Below are positions 28,181-38,595 of a DNA stretch of 64,000 nt, in pieces (the stretch's first letter is position 1; each line of letters begins with the position of its first letter). Origin of the DNA: a virus; IMG/VR virus record IMGVR_UViG_3300014208_000033, positions 43,669 to 107,668 of that record; one strand, given 5' to 3'. The position numbers and the translations under genes were made by a program. Under the pieces are notes generated by a model, which was not told where the DNA came from, did not search any database, and was given only the letters and a program-made list of their open reading frames with translations.

Positions 28181-30992
28181 TCTCTTTGTCCAAATCGTAA
28201 TTAGACTTGAGTTTTAGAACAATTTTGTCCACGGTCTTAATCAACTTACTATCAGGATGATCCTTCTGTTCACATGACTTAAACTTATCAAGTAGGATCA
28301 TCCTACGATCAAAGTCAAAGTTAGTGTACTCGTAGATCATCCTGAGAGTCTTTTCCCTGTCATTCTTCTTATTGATCCTGGTCATTAGCTGCATGAATCT
28401 CTTATTCGCCTTAGCAGCTATATCGGTATCGAGACTGAGCCAAGGAAGTTCTGGAAACAAGAACTTGAAGATACTCATAACCTTTGAGTATATCTCAACA
28501 TTCCAATACTCATCGAAGGCTAAAGGTTTGGTCGTAATCTTGTCCTTTGTTTCCAGGTAGTAAGATACTTCCTCGCCTTCCTTCCTGGTTCCACTTCGTT
28601 TGAGTAGAACATATTCAAGTATAGAACCGAGTTCAAAATTTTGTCCTCTAGCTCCCATTCTTTCAACGATGATAGATTGAAGTGGTTGGGACTTATATTC
28701 CCGTGCATACTTAGACACCACAACACGCTTTGTGATATCTCTGATATTATCTTTAGTCCACTTGGTATTGAAAAAGTCATCCTTAACCTTACTTATCCAC
28801 TTAAAGCAATCTTCTCCTGTTGGGATTTTCGGAGACGTTAGTAACATCTCCATCATCTTCTTCTGAGTCTGAGCAGCGAGGTTAATCGTTTCACGACGAA
28901 CGAACTCAAGACCCTTGATATCGATCTTGTTTTTCGTTTCACCTGATTTCCAAACAAGATTACCAGCATAACGCTTCTTAGAGACTAGAACAATTCGAGA
29001 ATAGACTTTCTCGAAATCTAGCTTAACTGAAATCTTCTTTGGGTCACAATGAAACGCTTCCTGGATCTTCTGATGAATGAACGGATGATACTCAGTCTTT
29101 AACCTAGTAGTAAGCTTATCTTCTGGATCAACAGAAGGAGCTATTACATAATTTGAGTCCGTGTCGTTATAAATGACTTCATATCCCCCGTCTTTGAACC
29201 ATTCGGAGGTCCAATGAGTGATTGTTTGACCTCCGAGACAAATGGAAGGTGGAATACAATAGTGGTAAATTCTTGCTCTGAAGTAACCCATCTGTCCGTA
29301 GACAATGTTCCCGAGAAGTTTGAATACATTGATCATTATCTCCGTTGAAACGTACTCAGGATCTTTCTCTGATACCTTCTTCTTAATCAACTCTTCCATG
29401 TACTTCTTATACTTATTTCTCTCGTTAACGTATGTTTCGAGAGCTTTCACAACTATCGATTGCTGATCCTTCCTGAAGAAAATAACCTCAGGAATAGTGA
29501 CCTTATATGTGTGCATTACGTTGTTCTTCCTATTCTCCTTGAAGAAATAGGTTAAGAACGTTTCGTAATGCAAAGTGAAATACTTAGATGCATGCTTATG
29601 AACTTTGACCTTGCATGCTTCAACTGCTTCTGTCTGGTCCTTATTGAAAGTGAAAACAGGAACTTTGATGTAGTCTATCTCTTTGGTATCAATACGGAAC
29701 TTGATACCAGCAGCGATCAATGCATTGTAGAACAACCGCATGATCTTCAAGTTGAGATAGGTGTAAGGACTCAGAATTTTCGGAACGGACTTATCGATCA
29801 GAGTAGCGTAGTCCTTCATCGTCAAGATGGTGTCAGGCCCCATGTTGAAGGTACGCATGATCGAGTTATAGTACCCTGAGAAGTCGAAAGTCTTTATAGG
29901 TCCGTAAATCCCAGGTTTCTTTATGAACACTCTTCCGCCTGGAGGCTTGACGAGGCGCGGTTGAATGTCTTTCTTGCTTGGTAGCCTTATGTGGTTATCC
30001 CTGGATAGACGCAAGAGGAAGGAGTCTGTGAGCTTAGAGTGAGAAGCCTTTGCGATGAAGCATCCACAGATTACAGACTGTTTGATAATCTGATCGGTGA
30101 TGTGAAGCTTATCGTCAAGCTCCTTCATGAGCATACAGTCAGTGAGGTTATACTCTACGAGCTTCTTACGGTCAGTCTGGAATAACTTCCAGATAGCGCC
30201 ATGACCTCTACCTACACCTTCAGTCTTACCCTTACCGATGAACTGATTAGAGCATCTATCGAGAGAGAAAGACTCAACTTTGTCTTTGATACCACCAGTT
30301 GATACGGCTTCCTTGAACCACTCCATCATATCAACATGGTTAATGTGCCAAAGAGGAAATTTGATATCATGAACCTTGCAGCGTTCCTTGATGTAATCCC
30401 AGTCGAATGACTTTGAGTACCATCCAACTAACATCGTGAACTCAGCAAGTTTCTCTACAGCAGAGCGAAGCATTCGCTTTTCGTCGTCAGAGCAGAAGAA
30501 ATAGCGATTACCGGAATGGTCGATAACTGAAATAGAAAGGATTGGTTCCTTACCGATAGTGATCTCGGGATTAGTGTCCTTAGTCTCGATATCGTAGTAG
30601 CCGATGTAGTGCTTGTCAGTTATCTTGATATCATGATCGATAACGTATCGATCACAAGAATTCAAATCTGCTTCGTAGGTCTGAATTCCCTTAGCGTTAA
30701 ACTCCTCAAGTATCTGAGTCTTAGCGTCAAGATCATCGTCATCAGGCCAAAGGTTCTTGTTCTCACAGTAGATACGAACGTAGTTACCCTCGTCCTTGAG
30801 AGACTGAATCAAATGCCCATCTTTGAAATCGTTGATGAGATCCTTGTGAGCGGTGTAATCATCCTTGGAGATACAGAAATACCAAGGGAATTGATCGGAT
30901 GAGATTCGATCTTCGATTATTCGGTTTCCTTGGAGTCTATAGAGGATGATTGTGTCTTTATAGACTTTTCCGTTGAAGTATTCCCGGTCCAT
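28170..30992 (-). CDS. DNA polymerase, family B
   Basis: ExoI YDIET, ExoII SFDWDYI, ExoIII YNLTD, motif A DFSGYYNSI, motif B KLLGNIVYG, motif C YNDTDS, KKRY. Confidence 0.95.
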   Translation of the reverse strand: MDREYFNGKVYKDTIILYRLQGNRIIEDRISSDQFPWYFCISKDDYTAHKDLINDFKDGHLIQSLKDEGNYVRIYCENKNLWPDDDDLDAKTQILEEFNAKGIQTYEADLNSCDRYVIDHDIKITDKHYIGYYDIETKDTNPEITIGKEPILSISVIDHSGNRYFFCSDDEKRMLRSAVEKLAEFTMLVGWYSKSFDWDYIKERCKVHDIKFPLWHINHVDMMEWFKEAVSTGGIKDKVESFSLDRCSNQFIGKGKTEGVGRGHGAIWKLFQTDRKKLVEYNLTDCMLMKELDDKLHITDQIIKQSVICGCFIAKASHSKLTDSFLLRLSRDNHIRLPSKKDIQPRLVKPPGGRVFIKKPGIYGPIKTFDFSGYYNSIMRTFNMGPDTILTMKDYATLIDKSVPKILSPYTYLNLKIMRLFYNALIAAGIKFRIDTKEIDYIKVPVFTFNKDQTEAVEACKVKVHKHASKYFTLHYETFLTYFFKENRKNNVMHTYKVTIPEVIFFRKDQQSIVVKALETYVNERNKYKKYMEELIKKKVSEKDPEYVSTEIMINVFKLLGNIVYGQMGYFRARIYHYCIPPSICLGGQTITHWTSEWFKDGGYEVIYNDTDSNYVIAPSVDPEDKLTTRLKTEYHPFIHQKIQEAFHCDPKKISVKLDFEKVYSRIVLVSKKRYAGNLVWKSGETKNKIDIKGLEFVRRETINLAAQTQKKMMEMLLTSPKIPTGEDCFKWISKVKDDFFNTKWTKDNIRDITKRVVVSKYAREYKSQPLQSIIVERMGARGQNFELGSILEYVLLKRSGTRKEGEEVSYYLETKDKITTKPLAFDEYWNVEIYSKVMSIFKFLFPELPWLSLDTDIAAKANKRFMQLMTRINKKNDREKTLRMIYEYTNFDFDRRMILLDKFKSCEQKDHPDSKLIKTVDKIVLKLKSNYDLDKENDT

Positions 30993-31155
30993 TTGATTCC
31001 CTCTTCGTTAATTACTGAAAGAGATCCAGCGATTATAGTGAAAGAACACTCACCAGCTAAAGACAATGGACAAAGATGTGCTGTATTTTCTGGATGCTTT
31101 GCAGGACAACGAACGTCTTTCTTTTGAAAGGGACAGAGGAAGAATTTGGTAGCCA

Positions 31156-31449
31156 TTACTTCACGTCACAACTCTTCTTAGCAATTTCGATAGCGTATTT
31201 GACATGTCTATAATAAGAACCAATACCGTCTAATTTACCTTGTACAAAACACATTTCAGTTTCATCCATTGACTTATTGGTATCTACAAAATGATGATCA
31301 TACTTATTATTGGTAACAGACCTAACCTTAAAATTTCTCTTGAGATATCCGATTGTATCGGAACAAAAGAAATCGATTATCTTGTTAACATCAGACTTCT
31401 TAATGTCACGATAAAAAGAAGTAACGGTTGACCACTTTCTCTTCTTCAT
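31156..31449 (-). CDS. Hypothetical protein
   Basis: Packed ORF. Confidence 0.5.
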   Translation of the reverse strand: MKKRKWSTVTSFYRDIKKSDVNKIIDFFCSDTIGYLKRNFKVRSVTNNKYDHHFVDTNKSMDETEMCFVQGKLDGIGSYYRHVKYAIEIAKKSCDVK

Positions 31450-31468
31450 TTGATGCCCCTTTTCAACA

Positions 31469-31521
31469 GAAAATAAAAGAGGGGAGGAAACCCATTTCGT
31501 TTATAGGGCTTCCTCCCCTCT
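31469..31521 (-). terminator. Intrinsic terminator
   Basis: AGAGGGGAGGA...TCCTCCCCTCT stem followed by TTTTATTTTCT on the - strand. Confidence 0.7.
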
Positions 31522-31530
31522 ATTTACCTA

Positions 31531-31842
31531 TCAGTCCTCATCGTCGATAGAGACTTCCTTGCGGGGGCGCCCACGCTTCTTAGGAGCCTCAGGCGCGGCT
31601 TCCTCCACGACCTTCTTCGGGCGACCGGGCTTGCGCTTCACGGGCTCATCCGTATCAGCAACAATCTTCGCCGCTTTCTTAGTAACAGTCTCCTCAACAA
31701 CGGGGTCACAATCAGCAAGCATCTCCTTAACCGCAATAGCCTGCTTGCGAAGCTTGCCAGTGAACTTAACCATCTTCTGAGCGACAGTACCCCACTCCTT
31801 AGCGGTGTGACCATGGAACGTGAGATTGGGCGAACGAGACAT
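31531..31842 (-). CDS. AT-hook-like basic DNA-binding protein
   Basis: KRKPGRPKK and KKRGRPRK motifs; AAGGAG RBS. Confidence 0.65.
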   Translation of the reverse strand: MSRSPNLTFHGHTAKEWGTVAQKMVKFTGKLRKQAIAVKEMLADCDPVVEETVTKKAAKIVADTDEPVKRKPGRPKKVVEEAAPEAPKKRGRPRKEVSIDDED

Positions 31843-31872
31843 TTTCTGTTTCTCCTTTTTGATAAGTGTTAA

Positions 31873-33036
31873 TTACTCAGCGTCGTCATCAGCGGCAGCA
31901 GCTTCAGCCTTCTTAGCAGTAAGCTTGTACTTCAGCTTAAGCTTCTGCACACACTGATACGCTTCCTCAAACCTAGTAACGAATGCAGCAACAGTCTCAA
32001 CCTCAGTCTCGGTGAGTTCCTTCTTAGCGATAAGCTCCTTCCCGGAATAATCCCTAAACTCATCCCAACTCTTATTCACAAAACCAAGGGTCCGAGAGAC
32101 ATAGCGGAGGAACTTAGTCTTAGGAGACTTATCCTCCTTCTTCTTCATTCCCTTAGCATTCTTGAACTTATCAACGCACTCAGTCAACTGGTCAGCACTA
32201 AGCTCTGCAAGCTCAAACTCATTCTTTCGGATCTTGTACTTCTCCTGGTCAAGAAACTCCTCGATAAGCGCGGGCTTCTTCAGAGTAACAAGAACCTTCG
32301 CGTGACCGCTACCGAAATTCGGACACTCCAGCAACTTGGGAAGATGCTCACCGAGAGTCTTGGAAACCTGGATATAGAAACGAGCCGACCCGTAACTCAT
32401 ACCAGTGTACTCAGTAACCCAACTGGTGAACTCCTCGCGGTCCTTCTTGAAATGCCTAGCAGCCTTCTTAAAGATCGAACCCATCTTAACCGAAGTCTTG
32501 AGCCACGACTTATTCAGTTCCGAACTAAGGGCGGCGATTTCCTTAGCAGCCTTGTCGGGTTGGAACTTGCCGTCACTACCGTCATCGTCCTTGTCCGTAA
32601 TCAGAGTAGCCTTGGTTTTCTTACCGTTGATCTTAGCGTCAACCTTCTTCGACTTCTTAGCAGGCTTCTCCTCTACAACGTCCTCATCATCGTCATCATC
32701 AGAGTCGAGGATATCAGCGGAACCCTCATCAGAATCCTCAGTCTCCTCGTCCTCAGACTCATCATCAGAATCCTCGTCATCGGATTCCGAATCTTCGGAA
32801 AGATCGTCGTCCTCGTCAACCTTAGCGGGCTTTGCAGGCTTCTTCTCAGCCTTGATAACAACCTTCTCAGCCTTAGCCTTCTTAGCAGGCTTCTCCTCAG
32901 GCTCATCCTCATCGCTATCATCGTCATCATCAGCAGCGGGAGCAGCCTTCTTCTCGGACTTAGCAGGCTTCTCCTCGTCAAGATCCTCAACGTCAAAATC
33001 CTCAAGCTCGTCAACATCAACAGTCTTAGTAGCCAT
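31873..33036 (-). CDS. Acidic/Lys-rich disordered protein with DUF3102-like helical domain
   Basis: ~150-aa D/E and KPAKK-rich N-terminus, then MGSIFKKA...EFTSWV...MSYGSARFYI. Confidence 0.6.
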   Translation of the reverse strand: MATKTVDVDELEDFDVEDLDEEKPAKSEKKAAPAADDDDDSDEDEPEEKPAKKAKAEKVVIKAEKKPAKPAKVDEDDDLSEDSESDDEDSDDESEDEETEDSDEGSADILDSDDDDDEDVVEEKPAKKSKKVDAKINGKKTKATLITDKDDDGSDGKFQPDKAAKEIAALSSELNKSWLKTSVKMGSIFKKAARHFKKDREEFTSWVTEYTGMSYGSARFYIQVSKTLGEHLPKLLECPNFGSGHAKVLVTLKKPALIEEFLDQEKYKIRKNEFELAELSADQLTECVDKFKNAKGMKKKEDKSPKTKFLRYVSRTLGFVNKSWDEFRDYSGKELIAKKELTETEVETVAAFVTRFEEAYQCVQKLKLKYKLTAKKAEAAAADDDAE

Positions 33037-33072
33037 TCTTGCGTTTACCTTTCTGTGTAACGGTTACTGTCG

Positions 33073-33795
33073 TCACGATATAATACTGCTGTACCCCAAA
33101 TAATTAAAAGAAATCTTTCGCAATCGCCCTAAAAAACTTCGGAAGAACGTACCTGTCTCTCCGAACCTCGAAACCAACTCATCGATAGAGCCGAGGATCT
33201 CAAGATCCCCAGTCCTCACGATATACTTCACGACCTTCTGCTGAGACTTAGTAAGACCAGATGAAATCTTCTGAAGGTGTTTAATGAAATCCTTCAGTAA
33301 GATGTTAGTCTGGATCTTCACATCGGCCCCATTGTCAGGAACGTTCTTCAGATACTCTTCCTTAGAATTACCAATCCCTTCATTTCCAAGAATGTAACTG
33401 TTACCGAGATTATAGTTGTTAAGGCAGTTCATTTCCCTTTGCGCCATCTTAGTGTTCTCAGTCCTGATAGCGCGAATCTTCATCCTAAGACCATTGAAGA
33501 TCCACGCTTGAAGATTCTTAGCGCAATGGAAGTTCTGCTTCTCCTCGTCATAGCGAGGAAGGATATACATGAAAAGATGCTCACCGAGAATGGAACGGAG
33601 GTCATCACGGGTAAGCCCAAGTGAAAGAAACAAATCAGAGCCGAGAGTGTAACGATGGATGAGATAGTTGATCATTGTGTTACAGTGCTTCAGAAGGAAG
33701 CTCTCAGCTTCTTCTTTTTCAGCGGGAGTCTTAACGCTGTAGTAGTATTCGTAAAGATGTAAAAGTCTAGCACGATAGGCTTTATGATCTTTCAC
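33073..33795 (-). CDS. Phage sigma-factor-like protein
   Basis: Region 2-like RDDL...ILPRYDEEK...AWI; region 4-like LTKSQQKVV. Confidence 0.55.
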   Translation of the reverse strand: MKDHKAYRARLLHLYEYYYSVKTPAEKEEAESFLLKHCNTMINYLIHRYTLGSDLFLSLGLTRDDLRSILGEHLFMYILPRYDEEKQNFHCAKNLQAWIFNGLRMKIRAIRTENTKMAQREMNCLNNYNLGNSYILGNEGIGNSKEEYLKNVPDNGADVKIQTNILLKDFIKHLQKISSGLTKSQQKVVKYIVRTGDLEILGSIDELVSRFGETGTFFRSFLGRLRKISFNYLGYSSIIS

Positions 33796-35615
33796 TACTT
33801 CCCCTTCTTCAAGAACTTTCTCAGTTTCTCACACGTCACGACTCTGTTCAAATCTGATTTCTTCTGAACTGCTTCCATCATGATTTCATCCACCGAGTTA
33901 TTGGCTACAAGATGGATATAAACTATCTTCCCGTGTTTCTTGGAATTGGGAGTATAATTCCTCCTGGAACTTTGTTCGTAAAGATCAAACCTGTAAGTTC
34001 CATCGTAGTAGATAGCATAACTAGCTTCGCTCATGTCAATGCCTTCTCCACCAATCGCAGGGGAGGATAGCATGATCATGGTCTTAGTGTCAAGGGCAAA
34101 TTTGTCAACGGCTCTGGTGCGCTCCTGGATTGAATCTTCGCTAGACAGTGAGGCGAAATTCAGATTTTTCTGAACGAGGAGAGCCTTGATCATCTTGAGC
34201 GACGGCAAGTAGTAAGTCCATATGATGACTTTCCTACCTTCCTTAGAAATCTGATCAAGTATGTCGCTCAGAGCCTCAAGCTTAGGATTAGGTTTGATCT
34301 CGATGGCTTCCTTGTCACCATTGTAGAGATAACCGCCAGTAACCTGAGCCATTTTCTGAAACTTAGTAAGTGCTTGAGTAGTAATTACATTACCCTCAAG
34401 CTCAGTGATAAGTTGTTCCATCAACTCGTCATGGTGACGACGCTGCTCAGGAACCATATCAACTGACTCAATTGTAATTACTTTCTCAGGCATGTCGTGA
34501 CAATCTTCAATCATCACGCGATGAGAACGAGCTTGATACCTCTTCTTAAGATCCTCAAAGTTCTTTACTCCAACGGTCTTAGTGATGAACCCGCATCCAG
34601 TAGGTGCTACTTCACAATACTTTCTTTTGTACTCACTGAACGTGAAATTGAACACGTTCTTATCAACTATCTTCATCTGTGAGTACAAATCTTCTACCGT
34701 CTTAGTTATCGGAGTGCCGGTCATGCAGATTACCAAGCCACCACGCTTATGCACGTCATCAGAAATTATCAGAGCAGCTTTAGTTCTCTGTGACTCTGGA
34801 TTTTTGAATCGGTGAGACTCATCGATGATTAGAGCATCGGGTTTCATCTCATCGATGATGTAATCAATCATGTCGTTAGTAACGAGTTTCCCGTCAACAG
34901 ACTTAACCCGAATACTATCGTGATTAATCACATAGAACTGAGGCTTACCTCGCTGAGTAACAACATCACCCTCGTTATTTATAACGGAAATATTGTTACG
35001 AGCTAAACAAGCAATTCGATGCTTTATAGCGTTATCAGTAGCGGCTAGGCCAGTCAGGTTAGTGTGCTTATACACGTCCTTAATCCACACTGTTTCCATA
35101 ATGGACTTAGGACAGATTATCAGCGGCTTCTTAACCCTACCACTGGCTATCGCATCCTGGAGACAGTTCGCAACAGTGAAGGTCTTTCCAGTCCTCATAT
35201 CCCAGCAGAGCAGAAGCGAGTCCACTTTGCGAAGAATGCTGAAACCGATCTTCTGGTGATGCCAAGGTGGAGTCTTGAACTTATAATCAGTTATCTCAAT
35301 TTCATCAGTCATCTTGAACTGATTGATGATTTTACTTTGCTCACGAAAGTTCTTTTCTTCCTTGAACCTAGCTGTTACATAATCACGGTACTTTTCTGTA
35401 ACTTCCCACTTCCAGTTACCGAAGAGTTCTTTGAGCATGTAAGCGTTGTCAAGGCTAGCCCCAACGTAATACTTACCATCTTTGAATGGAGGAATCTCAA
35501 AAGGGTTTACGAGCTTCAATCTACGAAGCTCATTGTAGAGTACCTTTCCCCCTGTACTCTCATCAGAAAAGAACTCAACTTCAAAGCGAGTTCTCTTCAA
35601 GTCGATTTTAGGCAT
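33795..35615 (-). CDS. SNF2-family helicase
   Basis: DMRTGKT, IICPKS, DESH, MTGTP, GGEGID, QSSRR; start moved to MPKID. Confidence 0.9.
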   Translation of the reverse strand: MPKIDLKRTRFEVEFFSDESTGGKVLYNELRRLKLVNPFEIPPFKDGKYYVGASLDNAYMLKELFGNWKWEVTEKYRDYVTARFKEEKNFREQSKIINQFKMTDEIEITDYKFKTPPWHHQKIGFSILRKVDSLLLCWDMRTGKTFTVANCLQDAIASGRVKKPLIICPKSIMETVWIKDVYKHTNLTGLAATDNAIKHRIACLARNNISVINNEGDVVTQRGKPQFYVINHDSIRVKSVDGKLVTNDMIDYIIDEMKPDALIIDESHRFKNPESQRTKAALIISDDVHKRGGLVICMTGTPITKTVEDLYSQMKIVDKNVFNFTFSEYKRKYCEVAPTGCGFITKTVGVKNFEDLKKRYQARSHRVMIEDCHDMPEKVITIESVDMVPEQRRHHDELMEQLITELEGNVITTQALTKFQKMAQVTGGYLYNGDKEAIEIKPNPKLEALSDILDQISKEGRKVIIWTYYLPSLKMIKALLVQKNLNFASLSSEDSIQERTRAVDKFALDTKTMIMLSSPAIGGEGIDMSEASYAIYYDGTYRFDLYEQSSRRNYTPNSKKHGKIVYIHLVANNSVDEIMMEAVQKKSDLNRVVTCEKLRKFLKKGK

Positions 35616-36241
35616 ATGAGAAACCAATCGTGTAGATTTCTTTATTGAGTGTGATGTTACCAAAACCAGGAATGTTCATTCCCTTGATCGGGATTATCAA
35701 CTTATAGTATTCCTTGTTCCTATCACCGATCAATATGATAAGGTTTCTTCCATCTGCATAGCATTCATTGAACATACCACTTACAGAAGAAATCTCTTCA
35801 AACTTCTTATCGAACAACTTGAAACAGATCATTCCGTTCTGGTAGAACTTGAAGATGAATGAAAGGAAATCTATAGTCTGTTGAGTGTAGAACTCTGGTA
35901 AGTTCTCTCGAATGTAGTCCTTAACTTCGTCTAAGTTCACTTAATTACCTTTCTTACAACCTTCTCATTATCTGTTATCTCAAAGACCCAACAGTTATTT
36001 TCATTCCACTTGACGAACTTGAAGTAGATTATCTTGTTAGCGAGTATCGCTTTCCTGATCCACTTACATTCCGAGTTGCACATGTAGTTGTAGTTATCTA
36101 TATGTGTCTTTCTACCACTGGCCTTGAATATGAACACAGTAGCTAGCTTAGTCAGAGGGAGCAGCCATTCATTTTGATAAACGGCTTTCTTCAGTTCAGA
36201 TCCACAGATCCTAATCTGACACTGTTTCATTTACCTCCCAA

Positions 36242-36309
36242 CCCTAGCTGGTGATAAAGTGTAGTTTTCTACACCATTAACAAATTAATGTTAACGTCAC
36301 CAGCTAGGG
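36242..36309. other. Three-way-junction structure immediately upstream of an RBS
   Basis: CCCTAGCTGGTGA/TCACCAGCTAGGG closing GTGTAG/CTACAC and CATTAA/TTAATG. Confidence 0.55.
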
Positions 36310-36340
36310 GTTTACTTCTCCACGCCGCGCCCGGCGGAAG

Positions 36341-37402
36341 TTACTTCTTCTTACAAATTAATTCAGACACTATAATATCTAAACTATCAATTTCATACAT
36401 ATCAACAAAAGTTTGATATATGTCATCTATAGTCTTGAAAATAGTTCTTGCAAAGGTTTTAGCAGGAGTCATGCTAATGAAGATGTATTCAAGAACCCTC
36501 TTATCTGGAATGTCAGTAGTTAAAGTTCCGTCCTTTCTACAAAAGAAAATACTACCTGAAATATTATGCTTTTGAGCACTAACAACGTAGAACTTCATTT
36601 TTACTTACCCTTCTTCTTATATGCACAATCATATTCTGAAACTTCAAATACTTCGTAAGTTTTCACCCAAACGGTACGAATACTTTTATCTTTCTCTCCA
36701 AGATACTTAGCAAATTTCTTAAGTTCAGTCTTATTAGTAAAGATATATTCATCAATATATTTATTATTTATATTCTTTGTAAACTCATCACACATTATAT
36801 TGAAATGTTTAGTAACAACTCTATTTTTCTTAGTAACAAATTCAGCACTAACAACGTAGAACTTCATTTTTACTTACCCTTCTTCTTAAGGATACTCTCA
36901 CTGTCCCACAAATCAGCCCAGTAAGTATCAATAAACGTTTCAGTAATATCGTTATCACACTTGCAAATGAGCCTAGCACAACTCTTAGCATCTTTCAGAT
37001 TAGTGTAAACATAATCGAGAAGGTTCTTATCAGGAATGTTCTTAGTAAGCTTACCAGAAACCTTATTGTAGAACTTTAGATCCTGATTAGTGTTTTCAGC
37101 AGCAACAGTATAAAACCTCATTTTTACTTACCCTTCTTCTTACGATAAGTAATGCTGCAATCCTTAGGATCAAGAAACGGAACAGTGATCACATAACTAT
37201 CAACGTACTCATCGAAATGCCTATTTGCACGATCAATATCGTCAACAATCCTCTTTGCTTGATCCTTATTGAAGATAATATATTCGCTCAAGTCTTTAAT
37301 AGACGTAGAAAATTCACCAGCCCCATAACTGAAGAAATACTCAGTGATCTTACCCTTAGTATTCTTGTCCCGATAACCAACCAAATAAAACTGCTTCTTC
37401 AT
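36341..37402 (-). repeat. Tandem array of four paralogous 83-92 aa genes
   Basis: Starts MKFYVVSA, MKFYVVSA, MRFYTVAA, MKKQFYLV; ends KKK(GK); shared junction AAGAAGAAGGGTAAGTAAAAATG. Confidence 0.8.
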
Positions 37403-37411
37403 TTTCTTACC

Positions 37412-37768
37412 TCACTTCACAATCAAACTGTGGGTAGGACTCTTACCCTTCTTAGACTCTTCTGCCAGCTTCTCAGCCTCAGACTTGCTATCCCGGCCAA
37501 GCTTATCGATTTCCTTAGTCCATTCATCCTTCCAAGCAACACTAGCGCGAGGCTGAGAAGTCTTCAACTCAGCGAACCTCTTACCCTGCTCAATCTCTTC
37601 AGAATTAAGGAGAGCAGTAAGAACTTCCTTCTTCTTAGCGTCAAGGTTAGCCTGGAGAGTAGCAAGCCTATCATTCATCGGCTTGCACAGTTCCGCGATA
37701 TCAGCGTTAATCTTAGAAATCTCAGACTCAGCATTGAGGATCTGAACGAGCGTCTTCTGTGCGATCAT
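37412..37768 (-). CDS. Coiled-coil hypothetical protein
   Basis: 118-aa ORF with RBS. Confidence 0.6.
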   Translation of the reverse strand: MIAQKTLVQILNAESEISKINADIAELCKPMNDRLATLQANLDAKKKEVLTALLNSEEIEQGKRFAELKTSQPRASVAWKDEWTKEIDKLGRDSKSEAEKLAEESKKGKSPTHSLIVK

Positions 37769-37816
37769 TTTCTTCCTGTCCTTTCAGTAAGAGTTTATGA
37801 CCAGAAAAGAACTGTT

Positions 37817-38119
37817 TGGTCCCGGCTCCCGAATTCGAATCGGGACGGTTGTTTAGACCGAGGGATTTTCTTACCACTATGATTTTCATCACCGCAAGAC
37901 TCTTGCGTTTGTGGTCTGGACTATACCTTCACCCTAATATTAGGGGCGAGCCGTCTAGTCTCTACACATTCCCATTACTTTACAGTAATGGTTAGCTCGG
38001 TGTTACCTCGAATTTTATCAGGGGGTTCACCGAATTTGACTCGATTCACTCTTAGAATTACTTCTAAGGTGCTCAAAATAAATCAAGTCCCCTGCGTCTA
38101 CCAATTTCGCCAAGCCGGG
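37817..38119 (-). tRNA. tRNA-Leu(UAA) split by a group I intron
   Basis: 5' exon 38119-38085 ends GGGGACTT; 3' exon 37869-37817 starts AAAATCCCT and ends AGCCGGG-A-CCA; splicing rebuilds the GGGGA-CTTAAAA-TCCCT anticodon arm. Confidence 0.92.
37870..38084 (-). ncRNA. Group I self-splicing intron (IC3-like), 215 nt, no internal ORF
   Basis: Inserted after U34, ends in G; P AAATTCGGTGAA, Q AACACCGAGC, R GTAGAGACTAGACG, S AAGGTATAGTCC; IGS-like TTGAG. Confidence 0.92.
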
Positions 38120-38124
38120 ATAAA

Positions 38125-38595
38125 TCACTTAATTAGCTTACCATTTCTACGATAAACTCTCTTCTCTTTAGGGTAAGAAGGTTGAACTGGTAATCTTTTG
38201 GTTTTTCCATACTGAACAGAAGAAGAGTATTTTCCAGAACAAGAATGAGAACAAAAAGGACCAGCTTTTCCCATCTTAGAATTATGTGTTAAAGAACCTG
38301 CTTTTTTGTATGCTTTCTTTTTACACCAAGCACAGATTATTTCAATCTTATCTACAGTAACAGCATCTAAAGTAGCATGCTTCTTTCTAGTCATTAACTT
38401 TAGATTACTAGATTTGTTATTCTTAAAGTTTTCATCATCATGATGAACAGTTATATTGAAATCTCTTAGTTCTCTCTTCAATTTCTGTTCCATTAAATAC
38501 TTAGGATATGAAACAGTTCTTCGTGTTTTATCATCATAGATGATAATTACATGTTTTCTTCCGTCTTTTCTAAGATATGGCCCGTATACTTTCAT
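38125..38595 (-). CDS. Free-standing HNH homing endonuclease
   Basis: VHHDDENFKNNKSSNL...H; C-terminal CAWC...FCSHSC. Confidence 0.85.
   Translation of the reverse strand: MKVYGPYLRKDGRKHVIIIYDDKTRRTVSYPKYLMEQKLKRELRDFNITVHHDDENFKNNKSSNLKLMTRKKHATLDAVTVDKIEIICAWCKKKAYKKAGSLTHNSKMGKAGPFCSHSCSGKYSSSVQYGKTKRLPVQPSYPKEKRVYRRNGKLIK

Noticed and set aside
32302-33103. Long + strand ORFs (252 and 232 aa) and similar antisense ORFs across the - strand arm
   Set aside because: Shadows of low-complexity or codon-biased - strand genes; Ser/Leu-rich and without RBS or motifs
36242-36309. Hammerhead ribozyme
   Set aside because: Lacks the CUGANGA and GAAA core in the junction on either strand
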